Shown here piece by piece: positions 38,096 through 52,042 of a stretch of DNA of 64,000 nucleotides. The position numbers and the translations under genes are program-made. The stretch spans positions 1,984,001 to 2,048,000 of the forward strand of contig JAQFVV010000001.1 in assembly GCA_028023455.1 (NCBI GenBank), written 5' to 3'. How positions within the stretch are numbered: position 1 is the stretch's first letter; each line of letters starts with the position of its first letter. Origin of the DNA: Epiperipatus broadwayi. Taxonomy: Eukaryota; Animalia; Onychophora. Below the pieces are notes generated by a model. The model saw only the letters and a list, made by a program, of their open reading frames with translations, was not told where the DNA came from and ran no database searches.

Positions 38096-39399
38096 TTTTT
38101 TTTATTTTTTTTTAAAATAAAAAAATTAAAAAAATTTAAAATTCAAACGTTGGTTTAATTTACATTTTTAAATTGTAAATAAACATTTTTAGAGAAAGAA
38201 ACATTATTTAGTTTCTTGGAAAGTCCATGTTGAAAGTTCTTTTAAAATTCTTTGTCTTTAGCTTTGGTTGTTCATTTACAAATTCTATTCTTTGGAGATT
38301 TTTAATCCTTGTCCAGAAGTTTCATAGGTTAGTTATTTTTCCTTGAATATTATTACCCATTATTTGCTAAATAATTTATTTAATAGTTGTAAATTGGTAT
38401 AACTGAAATTAAATATTCTCTCTTATGCAATAAATAGAATTAGATTTGTTTTATGCGCAAAGATAATGTTTGAAACATGTCAGTATCAGTATATATATTC
38501 TATTCCATCAATGCTTCATATCTTTGTTCGTAAAATAAATATCATACATGAACAATACAACAAAGCTGTACATTTTGCTATATTTTATTTCAAGTCCCTC
38601 TTGTTTTCAATGTATATAATGTATAATAGCTTATCTTTTATTAATAAACACTGATTAGGATAAATTATATATTGTTTATTATATTGCAAGTGCATAGTAC
38701 TTTTCAACATGTACATATATATATAGAACACAAATGCTTTTTGATCAAGTATAAACAAATTTTAAAATATATATGTATATAGTTATTAACAAAATTTGAG
38801 ATAGTCACATTTACATATATTTTACTAAGTGTGTGTTCATTCACACACTCACTAAAGCAAAAAGAATATTAAAAAAAAAAACTACTGTATTTTTAAACTA
38901 AACTAAACTGGGTGATTTTCTTTTTTCAATAACCTTTTTTCCTAATAGGAACATAATAGACTAATCTAACAAAAAATTATATATCTCTTTTATATTATTT
39001 TTTAAAGTCAGTATTACCTTTAAGTTTATTTTAAAATTTTGTAAAACTTCTAGCATTACACCAAGAAAATAAATTGTTATGCAAAATATTGCACATAAAA
39101 TTTGGCAAAAATAATAAAGAAAGAATAAAATGTATATGTTTTCAACATAAATTGAATTTTTTTTAATTAATATATATAATTGTGTATAGCATTGAGAAAA
39201 AAGGCTGTTCAAATATAAAATTTGAAATTTTAATGTTTTTTTTTTAAATTTACATTTTTGTTTCTTGTATATATTTGTTTCAATAGCATATAATTAAGAT
39301 TGCATAGTTAGATATAGTACAATTTGCAGTTCTGTTGAATATTTATGATTGGCAGAACTTGTTTTATTTGTGCTTCTCTGTATATATAAAGCATTGTAA

Positions 39400-39670
39400 T
39401 ATAAAACAGTTTGGAATCTCAAACTTAGTCATGCCGATGATAGAGCAATATGCTAGCCTGGGAAATAGATAATTATGGTAATACTGATTGTCCTCAATTC
39501 AGTTCAGCTTCGATAATTTAATGGACTTCAATCAGGCAAATGGTCTAATATATGTATATGGACTATGAACCACAAAAAAAATTGTCCCTTATTTTATGAG
39601 TTCAAACTTGAACAATATGGAAGTAACAACTACCTTTCTTCATTCTCATCAATCTAATACTTTATTATTA
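39400..39670 (+). mobile_element. Possible LTR-retrotransposon integrase remnant
   Basis: NTDCPQFSS and VTTTFLHSHQSN loosely match the SDNGPQFxS and TTxPYHPQSNG integrase motifs. Highly decayed. Confidence 0.3.
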
Positions 39671-42600
39671 TCAATTCATCTCTACCCACTTATTCATAGA
39701 GATACAAAGAAAAAATATCATGAACAGTAAGGTTTTTTTTTTACATCTTAATTAATTACATGGTCATGTTTTACAATATACATTCATTAAAATTAGTTTT
39801 TTTCCTCTTACCTTTTAATTAAAACAAATTATAGGCATAATATATATAGAAAAATATACTCTGTTTATCAGAAATGATTTATATTTTTGTCAAAATCAGA
39901 AAAATCAAAATTATTTGCACTAAATAAAAGATTTTTTTAATTTTTGATTTTAAATAATTTATAGTACTCTAAAATATTAAAATTTTCATTAAATCATTAA
40001 CCTGTTACTCTAGCTTATATATTTCAAATGAATATATAGGTATACTGAATATATATAATAAATTTTGTCTACGTTCATTTCTGTTTTTCCTTTCAAACTT
40101 TATATCTATTGTGACCTTTTATTTAGTCCAATGTCTTAAATAGTCCAAAATTTTGGATTTTAAAGATATATCTGGCACTAATAGCTTAATAAATAACTTT
40201 AAACAGAGACTTTAAAAGAGATTATAAATACACATTTTTATTCGTGATCATTTTGTTTTATATACATTTTAATAATAATATATTTTAAAATAATTATAAT
40301 GCTAAAAAAAAAAAAATCATTGATTTTATTTTGTTAAAATAATTCTATAAAGCTGAATAAATAAATAACATTGTTTAGAATCAGTTTTAAAATTGTTACA
40401 ATTTTTTAGGTTAAATTTTGACACGAGAGGTATCGCAGCCGCCATGCAAGCAAGTAGTTGGTTGCAGACGGGTGTGGGTTCGCGTCCCGGCAGATGCTAT
40501 GACATATGAAAAAAAAAAAAAACAACAATAATAAAAAACTATGCAACAATTTTTAAGTTATTGACCAATCAGAAATAAGGAGACGATTTTCTTGTGGTGT
40601 TGGAGGGAATTTTGATAGATTGCTCAGACGATGGTAAAAAAACACGTAGCAAGTAAAATTAAATAATGGTATAAAATATAGGTAAAATTGATAACATTAT
40701 ATCTTGTTTTATATAACCATAAGTTAATTTATCTTAATGGAATCAAAATAATATGCTAAATAAAAGTAATTAAAAAAATGTAATAATGTAAACTAATTTC
40801 TTCGTCAAGGTCACAATTTGGGGAAATCAATTTACAATTTCAAAAATGCTATTATAGGAAAAGTTGCCAGTAAATTTTATTGCTATTAACAAAAAGATGG
40901 ATAAAAATAAAAATGGTTCAATCGAGTGATTAAAAAAAAGTGAACAATCACCACGTAAGCAAAACATTATTCGGTTTATCTCTGCTTTATTTACTTATAA
41001 AAAAAAAAACTTAAGTGATAGTTTAATTTAAAATAAAAGAAAAACTAAACCAAGATCAGAATAGCTAACTATCTAATGTATAATTAAACAGAAAAGGAGA
41101 AGAAAATAATTGGTGCTCTTAGTTAAAGTAAATGATTAGAAATCTAATATTATGGAAAGATGTAGGTACATTATGTTAAACAGCATTAATTTTTAATCAA
41201 ATGGATAGTAAATGTTTGTTCTTAAATAATGAATTTTACAAGCGAGAAAAGTAGTATATTTTTCATTAAAAGTTTTATTAAAATAAGCCACGTAAACGCA
41301 GGTCAATTCTCAATGCTTAAGTCTGTCAGATAGATGGTAAATTATATTACGAGACTTAATTTCAAGAAACTGATGTATGTTTCTCATAAAGAAAAGAAAT
41401 CCATGTATAAAATATAGAAACAAAACGAAGGATTTAAGTAAAAATGACTTTTAAGCGATACTTGAAAGGATAACCTTTAAAATATATATGTTGGATTTGA
41501 TTGCTTAATTTGCCAATTCTATTCATTTTTATAATAGATGTATGTAAAAAATTCTGACTTATAAATAATGAAAATTGTCTCAAAGAACAGCTAACTGGGA
41601 GAAATTTCGATTTATTATTATTACTGCCTCATTTTAAAAATGTTGGATAGATAAACACAACAGTTTAAAGTCCTAATGTACAAACAAAAGAAAAAAAGAA
41701 ATATTGATTGTCATATTTAAATATGAGAGAAGGAATCACAAAGGAAAAGGGAAAATTTTGTTTTTTTTCCCCCGTTGGATATTAATGTGTACAAGTGCCA
41801 ACAATATTTTAGTTATTAAGTTAATCTTAAGTTAAAGGACTGTATGTATCTATTTTAATGTTTATTTTAGGTTAATAATTTTAAAAGATATATTTAATAT
41901 GAAAACATAATGAGTGTGAAAAAAAGTGAAGATTGGAAATGAGTAAACTAATACTTTGTTTTATTATAAGGTAACAATTTGAATTAATTTATTGTATGCT
42001 ATAGTGTATGAAGTAATTAATAATAAATATACTGCCATGCTAAAGAACCTAGAGATATAATAATAACGAAATGTATGATAATGAAGTTAAAAAAAAAAAA
42101 AAACAATATGAAAGGATTAGATAATAACAATAATAAAGAGTTTTGATCTCAGTTTTAATATAAGCAAGTAAACATTGACGATTGTCAAGTTATACATATA
42201 CTTTGTTTTGTAACACATCATCAGGAAAGTAGCAAGATAATAATTCATGGAAAGATAATATTGTAATATTATTATGCTTATTTATTGTAATGATGGATGC
42301 TAGCAATACCTTGTAAAAGTTAGATAAGTTATCATTCCAGGATATAATTAATGTGGTTAAGGTATAATTTCCTGAATAACTGATAGGAAAACATAATGTG
42401 GTTAGTCTAAGTGACCCCATCTATGTAGTTTTAGATATCATAATGTGAGGAATTTCCATAAATAGAGGTGTTAAGATCCATAAGAGCTTAATGTAAAAGC
42501 CTGGATATTAAGGTAGCATCATGAAAAGAAAAGGACTACTTGCCATGAGAGCACATCTTATTTAAAAGGAAAAGAAGGCCTCCGTGTTATATTGGTAGTA

Positions 42601-45570
42601 TTTTACTGTATTAAAAGTCAGTTTCTTATCTACGGAATTTTTAATCATAAAGAAAAGTAAAGTAGGCATCAAACATAGTTATATTTAAAGAAAGATTATA
42701 ATATCTTATATAAAGTTTGGAAAATTGTTTCATGTAAAATGGAAGTAAATACAAAACAAATCTTGTAATATTTAAGTAATTTTCTTTGAATTGATACCAT
42801 ATGGAAATAAAAATGAGATCAATGAATAAAATAAAATAAAGAAAGGATGAATGGAATGAATGATTATCAAAGGGTGGTTTAATCTTGGTTCTATTACTTG
42901 TGTTAATCTTTTAATTTTTATATGATAAAACTAACAACATAATTATAAAGTTTGGTATAATTATAAATGGAATGTATATGCATACAAAAATATCAGAATT
43001 TATGAAAGAGTAGTGTTATATGGAATGAAGCAAAATAATAATATAATGTGTAATGAATTAAATTTAATTGAAAATTGAACCCACATTTTAAAACTACTAA
43101 AATTAATACAAAACCTGAACAAGAAAGAAATATATGCTTGCAATGACTAATTAGAATTTTAGATAATATAAGACATTGATGCAAATTAAAAGTTTAATTG
43201 TTAAGGATATAGGAGTTAGTAGTTCTCATTGATGTATATAGATGCACAAAGATTTAAGTTATATTAATATGTGTATATACTTTTTTTTGTTATAATATAT
43301 AATAGTTAAAATTTTGTTATAGATTATTGTTATTTATTTAAATAAATTAGTATTTTAGTACAAATGTAGACTAATGGCTTTGTTTCCACTCTGAGTTATT
43401 TTCACACCATTATATCCAAATACATCAATCAGGGGAATATTATAAATAACAAAAATTGGTAAATTAATGTTTATTAAAATTAAATTATAATTACTTAAAT
43501 GATAATATTTAAGAGCATTATTGTTTTAACCTGAAATACTTATATCTTTAAAGTAACGTGGAATTTGTTGTAAAATTAATTTGAATTCATTTTTAAAATA
43601 AATTCATAGTAATATATGAGTTTATCAGAGAGATTGTTATAGGAATACCTCAGATAGCTTACATTTTAAGTTAAGAGGAAATATAAAACAGTATAAAGTG
43701 ATTAATTAATTTACTGAAGTTATTAAAAAGGAAAACTTATTTTGGTTAATGAATATAGTTGATGGTGATCATAAAGTGGTTCATTTTTATAGGTAGTATT
43801 CTTAATTCATAATTATATCACTTGTTGGAAAATATGGTAATAAGCAATAATTGGGAATTTCTTCCAGTTGTTAAAAGATATGCTGGTTATCAGAAAATGA
43901 TCAAAATTGTATTGTAATGTTAGTTGTGGTTATTATTAAGATAGTTGGATCTTAGTAAAATCCCTCTTATTATTCAATTATTTTAAATGGAGGAATTATT
44001 ATTTTACTGTATGGAACTAATTAAGGACCTTGAGATATACATATTATGAAGGATATTAGAATATATTGGATTTTATTAATTTTTAAGTAATTGATTCGAT
44101 ATACCATTGGGAAGTATATTCTGTATATTTTATTAATGTTAAAACTACTCTATTGTAACTATTTCTTAAATCTACCTTAGATATTATGTAACAGATGTTT
44201 ATAGTCAAGTAATGAGTCTCATTGTTTAAGTTTGAGTTGGGCTGAAGATAGGTTCAAGTTGTATAATGGATATGTGGAGATTTGGGGGTGGACAGGTTAC
44301 ACTATAAATGTCCACATACACTACTATGTTGTGTGCCAGGATACCAATTTCATCTCAGTATTTGAAATCTATTTAAAATTATAATTTCTAAAGCGTAACA
44401 TTTTGAAATATTTCAGTAAATAAAAATATAGAATGTAAACTGCATAACCTAAACTGTAAAAACCATTCAAGTATGATTTTTTAAAAAAAAATTTAGAATG
44501 TTAATATTTACATTATAAAAAGTGTAAAATATATATATCAAATAATATTACAAAATCAACTGGCTAAAATATTATATTGATAATATATATATATAAGAAA
44601 AGTCTAAATTGAAAACCATTCAATATTAGAAATATAACATTTTATCATTACAAGTTTTTATATGAAATATTTCAATAAATTATTTTGTTATAAAAAATAG
44701 AAACTTATATTTATTGTTTATTAATTGAAAAAAAAAAAACTTTTTTTTTCAATTCTTTAAGAGTATGGGATAGAAAAAGAAACAAATCAAAGAATTTACA
44801 TTTATAATTCAACCAAAATTCTATGAAGTAAGACATCCTAAACAAGGTCATGAAGAGATTTTGGAAATGTAGAATTTTCAAGAATAATAGTGCTTCTATT
44901 AAAAAATATGAAAATTATAAATAGAATGATTTTCTTAACATAAAAAAAATGGGCACATAGATATAAAATTGATAAGTTTTTCATATGTAACCAATAAGCA
45001 CAACAAATCAACAAGAAGTGAAAAATAAGATGGTGCATTAAAATGCATTATGATATCTATAATTAAATGATTAAATCTTACTTTGATATTGCAAATATAC
45101 ACATATATGCACAATTTTATTACATTAATTGTATATTATATTATTAGTAAATGCTGAAAATAATGCAGTTATATAGCAATTTAGATATGTGCTTACATAT
45201 ATAAATCAAATGATTGATTTCTATGTAAGATAAAATATTCTGAATAATAAAGTATAAAAAATGCAAAACTGCTACCATTGGTTTCAAGGAAATCCCTTTG
45301 TTAGATGCTCCAAACTCTTAATCATTATTAATCCCGAAGCTGAATAAATTTTATTTCATATAAACCAAATTTTACTTGATTTATTTGGCTATGGTTATTA
45401 AAGAATCAAAGACACCAAAAATGTATGGGTACTGAACTGGGTTCAGATCCATATGACTATATAAGCTAATGGGCTTGGATTGAAAACATTAAGGTGTTTT
45501 TAGTTTAAGACTCATAGTTTTGTAGTTAAATGGAGGGTTGCATTAGATCCTAAGATCAAGGTGCAGTGCT

Positions 45571-45637
45571 CTCAGATCCAAGGCTCCTCACTGATGAAGG
45601 CCATAAGGTAGAAACTAGTCTGTGGATATTGGATGAG
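45571..45637 (+). ncRNA. Type I hammerhead, array unit 1 (stem II disrupted)
   Basis: TCCTCA-CTGATGA-AGGCCATAAGGTA-GAA-ACTAGT-C-TGTGGA. Predicted cleavage after C45620. Stem II 3' strand reads GGT instead of GCC. Confidence 0.6.
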
Positions 45638-45990
45638 TAGGCACTAGATGGGGATTTTATGCACAAGCCTTCTGGCATCCATTGATTACTCTAGCTTGTT
45701 GTGTTTGGCAATATATATAGTGAGTTTTGCCTGTTTTAACAACAGTGATAGACATGTTTATTGGCTTAAAACCAATCCTGCCTAATAGGATAGTGGTGGC
45801 TATGGTTATTAAAGAACCAAAGACACCAAAATGTATGGGTACTGAACTGAGTTCAGACCCATATGACTATAAGCTAATGGACTTGGATTGAAAACATTAA
45901 GGTGTTTTTAGTTTAAGACTCATAGTTTTGTAGTTAAATGTGGAGATAAAAGGAGGGTTACATTAGATACTAAGATCAAGGTGCAGTGCT

Positions 45991-46057
45991 CTCAGATCCA
46001 ATGCTCCTCACTGATGAAGGCCATAAGCCAGAAACTAGTCTGTGGATATTGGATGAA
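45991..46057 (+). ncRNA. Type I hammerhead, array unit 2
   Basis: TCCTCA-CTGATGA-A-GGC-CATAA-GCC-A-GAA-ACTAGT-C-TGTGGA, with a distal stem I extension GATCCAA/TTGGAT. GUC triplet ends at 46040. Confidence 0.8.
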
Positions 46058-46440
46058 TAGGCACTAGATGGGGATTTTATGCACAAGCCTTCTGGCATCC
46101 ATTGATTACTCTAGCTTGTTGTGTGTGGCAATATATATATATAGTGAGTTTTGCCTGTTTTAACAAGTTATAGACAAGCATAAGAGGTGGTCATGTGATG
46201 TTTATTGGCTTAAAACCAATCCTGCCTAATAGGATAGTGGTGACTATGGTTATTAAAGAACCAAAGACACCAAAATGTACGGGTACTGAACTGGGTTCAG
46301 ACCCATACGACTATAAGCTAATGGGCTTGGATTGAAAACATTAAGGTGTTTTCAGTTAAAGACTCAGTTTTGTAGTTAAATGGAGATAAAAGGTGGTTGC
46401 TGGAGGGTTGCATTAGATCCTAAGATCTAGGTGCAGTGCT

Positions 46441-46507
46441 CTCAGATCCAAGGCTTCTCACTGATGAAGGCCATAAGCCAGAAACTAGTCTGGGGATATT
46501 GAATGAG
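46441..46507 (+). ncRNA. Type I hammerhead, array unit 3
   Basis: TTCTCA-CTGATGA-A-GGC-CATAA-GCC-A-GAA-ACTAGT-C-TGGGGA. GUC triplet ends at 46490. Confidence 0.8.
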
Positions 46508-49500
46508 TAGGCACTAGATGGGGATTTTATGCACAAGCCTTCTGGCATCCATTGATTACTCTAGCTTGTGTGTGACAATATATATAGTGAGTTTTGCCTG
46601 TTTTAATGCTTTTTGCAGTCAGAAACACATATATAATTATATTCCAGTCATGTAGAAATAATTGGTGCATAAGATTATTTATCTTTTAAATGTCTATTTT
46701 TATACATTTCCATACCATAATTAATTTTTTCATGATTTACTTGTAATTGTATTTTTTAATGAAAAACAAATATTTTATATTTTGTCTTTACATTTTTTTT
46801 TATAAATTTCATTAAAAATATACAAATTAAAAACAAAAAACAAAATTAATCTAAAAAATAAAATATCAAAAGAGGGGTAATAAACAGAAATAAGTAATCA
46901 AATCAAGATTTAAATTTAAGTTTTTAAGCTTAAAAAATCGATTTAATAAAAATAATAATTATACTATGATAAATTTTATATATTTAACTATGTTAGGGTA
47001 TTTGGTGCCATATTTAATTTTTAAAAAACTGACTTGAGACACAATTTTCACAATAACTTCAGTTTTAATAATGTTTGAGCAATATGCTATATATATTGAT
47101 AGAAAAACTAAGGAAAGCAATAAGGCTAAGACAAATAGTGATTACCATTAAAAAAAGTAAGGGAAAAAAAGTAATTTCAACATTCGAAAAAATTATTACT
47201 GTATTGTTTGTTCATAATTTCTAATTTATCATTAACTAAGTTTAAAATTACATCTTCATTGATATTTTTTTTGTATTCCTCACAAAATTCTCATTCAAAC
47301 CAAATACAATAATTCTTATCTGCGATAATCCATAGCTTCAGAACTTAAAAAAGTACTAACATAAGAATTCTTCATTTTTATCTTGTACCCCAAAAGTTAA
47401 AAAATCTCAAGGCATCTATAAGAAAAAGATTCATCATAATAAAAAATATAAAATAAATCATTTCCAAAAAGTGGATATGCATTTGTCATCATAGCAATTG
47501 CTTCTTGTCTATACAAAACTAGAAATTGAAGGGTATTGTCTGTATCAATGATAAAAATGAGTTTCCTCTCATTTTATATTTTTTTGTGTATACTAGTAAT
47601 GCTAATTGTTATGTTTATTGTCCCACAGAGATATAATTTATTTGCATATAGCTCATTTGCTAGCTATAGATTTGAAAATAACGTGATGCAACATGTGGCA
47701 AAACTACTGACTTGACAGCATGAGTATAAATGCATAGGCAATAATCAGGATTTGATTCTTTGCCTGCCTACAGTCCCATGTGGTAAACATATTCTTGTGG
47801 CTACACACCATTAAAATCTCTCTTTATTGGTTTTAAGAGTTTATATTTTCACATGGTATTATGCCCAGTAAATTTTGTGGTTTCTTTATCAACTGCAACC
47901 TTTTTGTACATATGATAATCAGTCTTAAAATTTATATTGCACTACTCTATAATATCTTAATTTTATATTTAAAAATCATTACTTGTTATAAAAACATAGA
48001 CATGCAAGTACAAACACACTAAACAAATATAAACACACTAATACATTATTAAACATTTTGAGAATCATTATGTTTATAAAATAAGGTTGTCTTAAACTTG
48101 AATCAGAGTCCCAAAATTACATTGTATATAAATAACTACTTTATTTACATTTGAATACAAGTATAACTTATGCACTACATAGACATAATAATACAAATGC
48201 AAACACATTAATAAATTATACATTTATCAAATAAAATTTTTTTTTTAAATAACAGTATTCAAATAATAAAAATGACTGATATTATATTTATTTTCAGGAT
48301 GAAAGCCTTGAAATTATAAATCATTGAGACTTGTTGAATCCATTTTATTAACGAGTCTGGCCGATACCAAAATTGTGCCCTTGTCTTCTTTGTGCAATCT
48401 AGTAAACTAAGCAGAAAAAAAAAATTAAATGAACTTAATAAAAAAATCAAAATTTTGTCTGATTTTAATATGTGATGTGCCATTTTAAAAAGGAACTCAA
48501 GTCACAGAGAATGATATTTTTTTTTTTACATATGTCATCCTTTTGGTTTTCTCACAATTTTAAAAAGACAAAAGAAATTTTAATTTCAATGAATCAGTGG
48601 CAGTGATGCTTATAACATCAAGCTCCTTACAATAAATTTCATTAAATTCAAATAATGAAAAGATTCTTTGAAATATTAAAATTCAATTTTCAATTATAGA
48701 AAAAAAAAAACAATAAAAAATATTAAGAAAGTTTTTAATAGTAAGCATTTTCTGTTTGATGTTATTAAATTTTCAGCTGACTAATTTTCAGCTAAAAAGT
48801 TAATATATTCAAATAAAGTCTAAATGTAAATATCATGTACTTAGTAAGAAGCAAATATTTAGTAATTTTATAAAAATAAATAATAAACAGATAAATAAAT
48901 CAAGTGTAAATGTATTTTTCTGTTTTTAAGATGCATACAAAAACATTACACAAACACAGAAATGCGCGTTCATCTCTGCACATATGAATACACTCTCTAG
49001 TCTCTTTTTTAGACTAATAACAGCTTTTGATAACTATACATTTTAGTTATAATTAAAATCTTACTGTTAGTAATAGTTAAAATCACTCACGGCTTTTGTT
49101 TAACTAAAATCTGTATCATCAATTAATTGAAATGGATTTTCACCACTGAAATAAATTATAATCACTTGTAACATCAATACTCAGATTTATATGAAATTGT
49201 ATTAAAGGTTATTTTAAAAAAATTTAAGTTGTTTAAAAAATTAATTTTTTAAAATAATTTTTTGTTTCACAAAATTAAATTAAAAAGTTTAATTAGGTGT
49301 CTATTGGTTTTTTTTTTTTTAAAAAAACCTGATTAAAAATTATAGAATGAAATAAAAAGTTGATTTAAAATTATAAAATGTAATAAATAATGAGAAAATT
49401 AATATATATATAATTGCATGTACGGCTAATTTTTAAAATATAATATTTTTTAATTTTAATAACTGCTAAGTTTTAGATAAATTCTCACTTGTAAAAGATT

Positions 49501-50329
49501 TACCCTAAATACAACATATTAATTATAGTTATATATATACATACAGGACTGGAGTTCATACTTAGGTATAATAGATAATGATTCATGATATTGGGATTCA
49601 GGGAGCCATGATAATAAAGTTAAAAGTTAAAAAAATTAGTGTGAAAAGCAAAAAAATACTTTTTTTTCTTAGTTGTCAGAAAAAATTATGGACCTTTTTT
49701 GTTTTTAATCATCAAAAAAATGTATAATTTTTTTTTTTTTTTTGGACTCCAGATCAGCTTTAGGTAAAAACCACTGTACATAATGTAATGAGATGTAATG
49801 TGACCATTGAGGATGGAGAAAAAAAGGGAGACAAATATACTCTTATTTTTCCATTTTAAAATATATATCTAAATAAGCTTGGATGATATTTACAAATAAG
49901 ATAATTTTAAATAATTTTATAAATCAATGAAAATAATACAATCAAACAAATATAATTTTAAATAAATATTTATTATTATTAATTTAAGTATCAGCATTTC
50001 CTGATAGGGTTTGCTATTTAGGGAATTAAAATTATAAATTTAACTCTCAAGTTTTACCAACATAACTATAACCTAATTAAATATTGATCAAGATTAATAA
50101 TGTGTATTGGTATAATAATATAGCAAATGTTAATAATAATTAACTCAAGAATTAAATTAATAAAATAATTTTTATTCAAACTTATATTTTATAATTATGC
50201 AATAAAAAACAAAACAAAAAAAAAAAAAACATATCAAAGGATTTATTATCAGTGTGAAAACAATTAAATTATATCTCATATTTTATGAAAGTAATTTTAA
50301 TTTGAAACCATACAATATATATTAGAGAC

Positions 50330-50645
50330 TTAGACTGAACAACAACTACCAGATGTACAAGCTGATTTCAGAAAAGTTTGAGGAATTAGAGTTTATTGCT
50401 GATGTACGTTGAAGAATGTAAAAAGTTAAGAAGACCTTTGATTTAATAAATTATGCTAATTTATGAAATGTTCTTAGAAATGTGTACAAAATCATTTCAT
50501 TGTTTTTATAAGAAATTTCTATATATCATTACAAACTATAATTCAAATGAGTTATAGAAAAACAAACTAGTTTCACACTGATAAAGAAATTTGACAGACT
50601 GAACATGTCACCTTACATATTCGAGATTTGTATACTGAATATATA
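50330..50645 (+). mobile_element. RTE-clade RT remnant
   Basis: EQQLPDVQADFRK matches the RTE/BovB-type LPDVQAGFRKG motif. A later SPYIF fragment is present. Confidence 0.6.
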
Positions 50646-51334
50646 CTGGGAAACTAATATAAATATATATGTGGATTCAAGATTGGTGGAAGAAACATAA
50701 CAATTCTGAAAGTGCTGATGACATTACATTTGTATCTGAAAACCCAAGAGAGCATAACATTTTTGTTAGAACAGTTAAAGATCAGAATAAAAAGAATGGG
50801 GTTGTGATTAAATAAAAAGAAATGAAAGATTATGATTGAATCAGCAACTGTTATCAAAACTTGATAATAAAAGCATTACAAATAATTGATACTTTTTTTG
50901 TGGATAATTCTTTAATATGAAACAATGCAATAATCAAGAGATTCATCAAGAATAAATAACACAAGGCAGAGATGCCATAAAAAAAACTTGGAAAAGATTT
51001 TTAGATATAGAAATATATTATTAAAAAATAAAAACCAGAATTTTCATGCCTCATTTTCTGTGACTCTATATTTGATAATATGGGACATTAAAACAATGCT
51101 AGGAAAAGTATTGAAGTAAAAATTCTTTACATCTTTGTCAAAATGAAAATTTATTGGTTTATAAACCTGACTTATATGCATATCATATCTTCTATCTTGC
51201 TATTCTATCTATTATAACATCAATCTCCACAATGTTTATCTTCCAATTTTTATTTTAATCTCATCAATTTGGGTTTCTAACAGTGAAATGTGTGATACTT
51301 TTCAAATCGATTGACTCTTCACTTTTCCTTGTAA

Positions 51335-51562
51335 TATAATAAAGTCTAGTGATGTCCCATATAATATTAGACCCCCCCCCCGTTTATGCAACTTTCTTTA
51401 TTTGAAGCTGATCTGAATTTGTAGGTAAATAAAGTAAATAAATGATCGTCTACGACATAACAAAGTCTAGTGATATACAATGTAATATTAGACTCCCCCA
51501 TTTATGAAACTTTCTTCATTTGAAACTGATCTGAAGTTGTAAGTAAATAAGGTAAATAAATG
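51335..51562. repeat. 121-bp tandem duplication
   Basis: AAAGTCTAGTGAT at 51341 and 51462, each followed by TAATATTAGAC.CCCCC...TTTGAA.CTGATCTGAA.TTGTA.GTAAATAA.GTAAATAAATGA. Confidence 0.9.
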
Positions 51563-52042
51563 AAATATTACTACAGAATGACAATCTAAGACACTTTGTA
51601 AACTGTCAATTCTTAGCATGATCTGCTTTTCAATAATCAACTATTATTTGACTAATGAATTTACAGTCTTCAAAACATAAAGCCATAATTTACTCTTTTC
51701 ACAAGTAAACACATGAAAGACAAAAGGAGCATTAACACACACATACCCATAAGCATTCTGTCCATAAGAATATCCAATAGAATTTTCTTTAAGACCATTT
51801 TAAATCTGAGAAAGATTTATATATATTTTCTTGGTTTTAAACTAAACTCATCAGGTTATTTGATGTACTAGTGAACAGTCAAAATATGTTTATATAACAA
51901 ATGAAAAATCTCATGATTGTTAAGATGCAATGATAAAATCACATGGGTGAATAAAAGGAATCAATATCTTTCAACAACAACTTCCCTTTTGTTAACATAC
52001 CCATACACCTATACACACACATATATATGTATAATGTGGGAA

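Larger units (their letters stand above)
45386..46606 (+). mobile_element. Tandem array of a non-autonomous retrozyme-like element (about 2.9 units, 420 and 450 nt between predicted cleavage sites)
   Basis: Three highly similar head-to-tail units start at about 45386, 45797 and 46241. Each holds a type I HHR, and there is no ORF. Confidence 0.9.

Noticed and set aside
40425-40500. B-box-like GGGTTCGCGTCCC; also B-box-like motifs at ~58205-58225 (minus) and ~60890-60902
   Set aside because: No full cloverleaf or clear A box. These are probably SINE heads but are not supportable as tRNA genes.
41700-44400. Long strand-skewed tract suggestive of an ancient retroelement
   Set aside because: No diagnostic motif could be read with confidence.
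45386-46606. Possible CRISPR array or simple satellite interpretation of the tandem repeats
   Set aside because: There is no short-repeat/unique-spacer pattern and no cas genes, and the context is eukaryotic. The units are full-length repeats containing an HHR.
47060-47560. Minus-strand hydrophobic, stop-interrupted frames loosely reminiscent of an ionotropic-receptor S2-M4 region
   Set aside because: The similarity is only impressionistic, with many stops and frameshifts. It needs an HMM search before any call.
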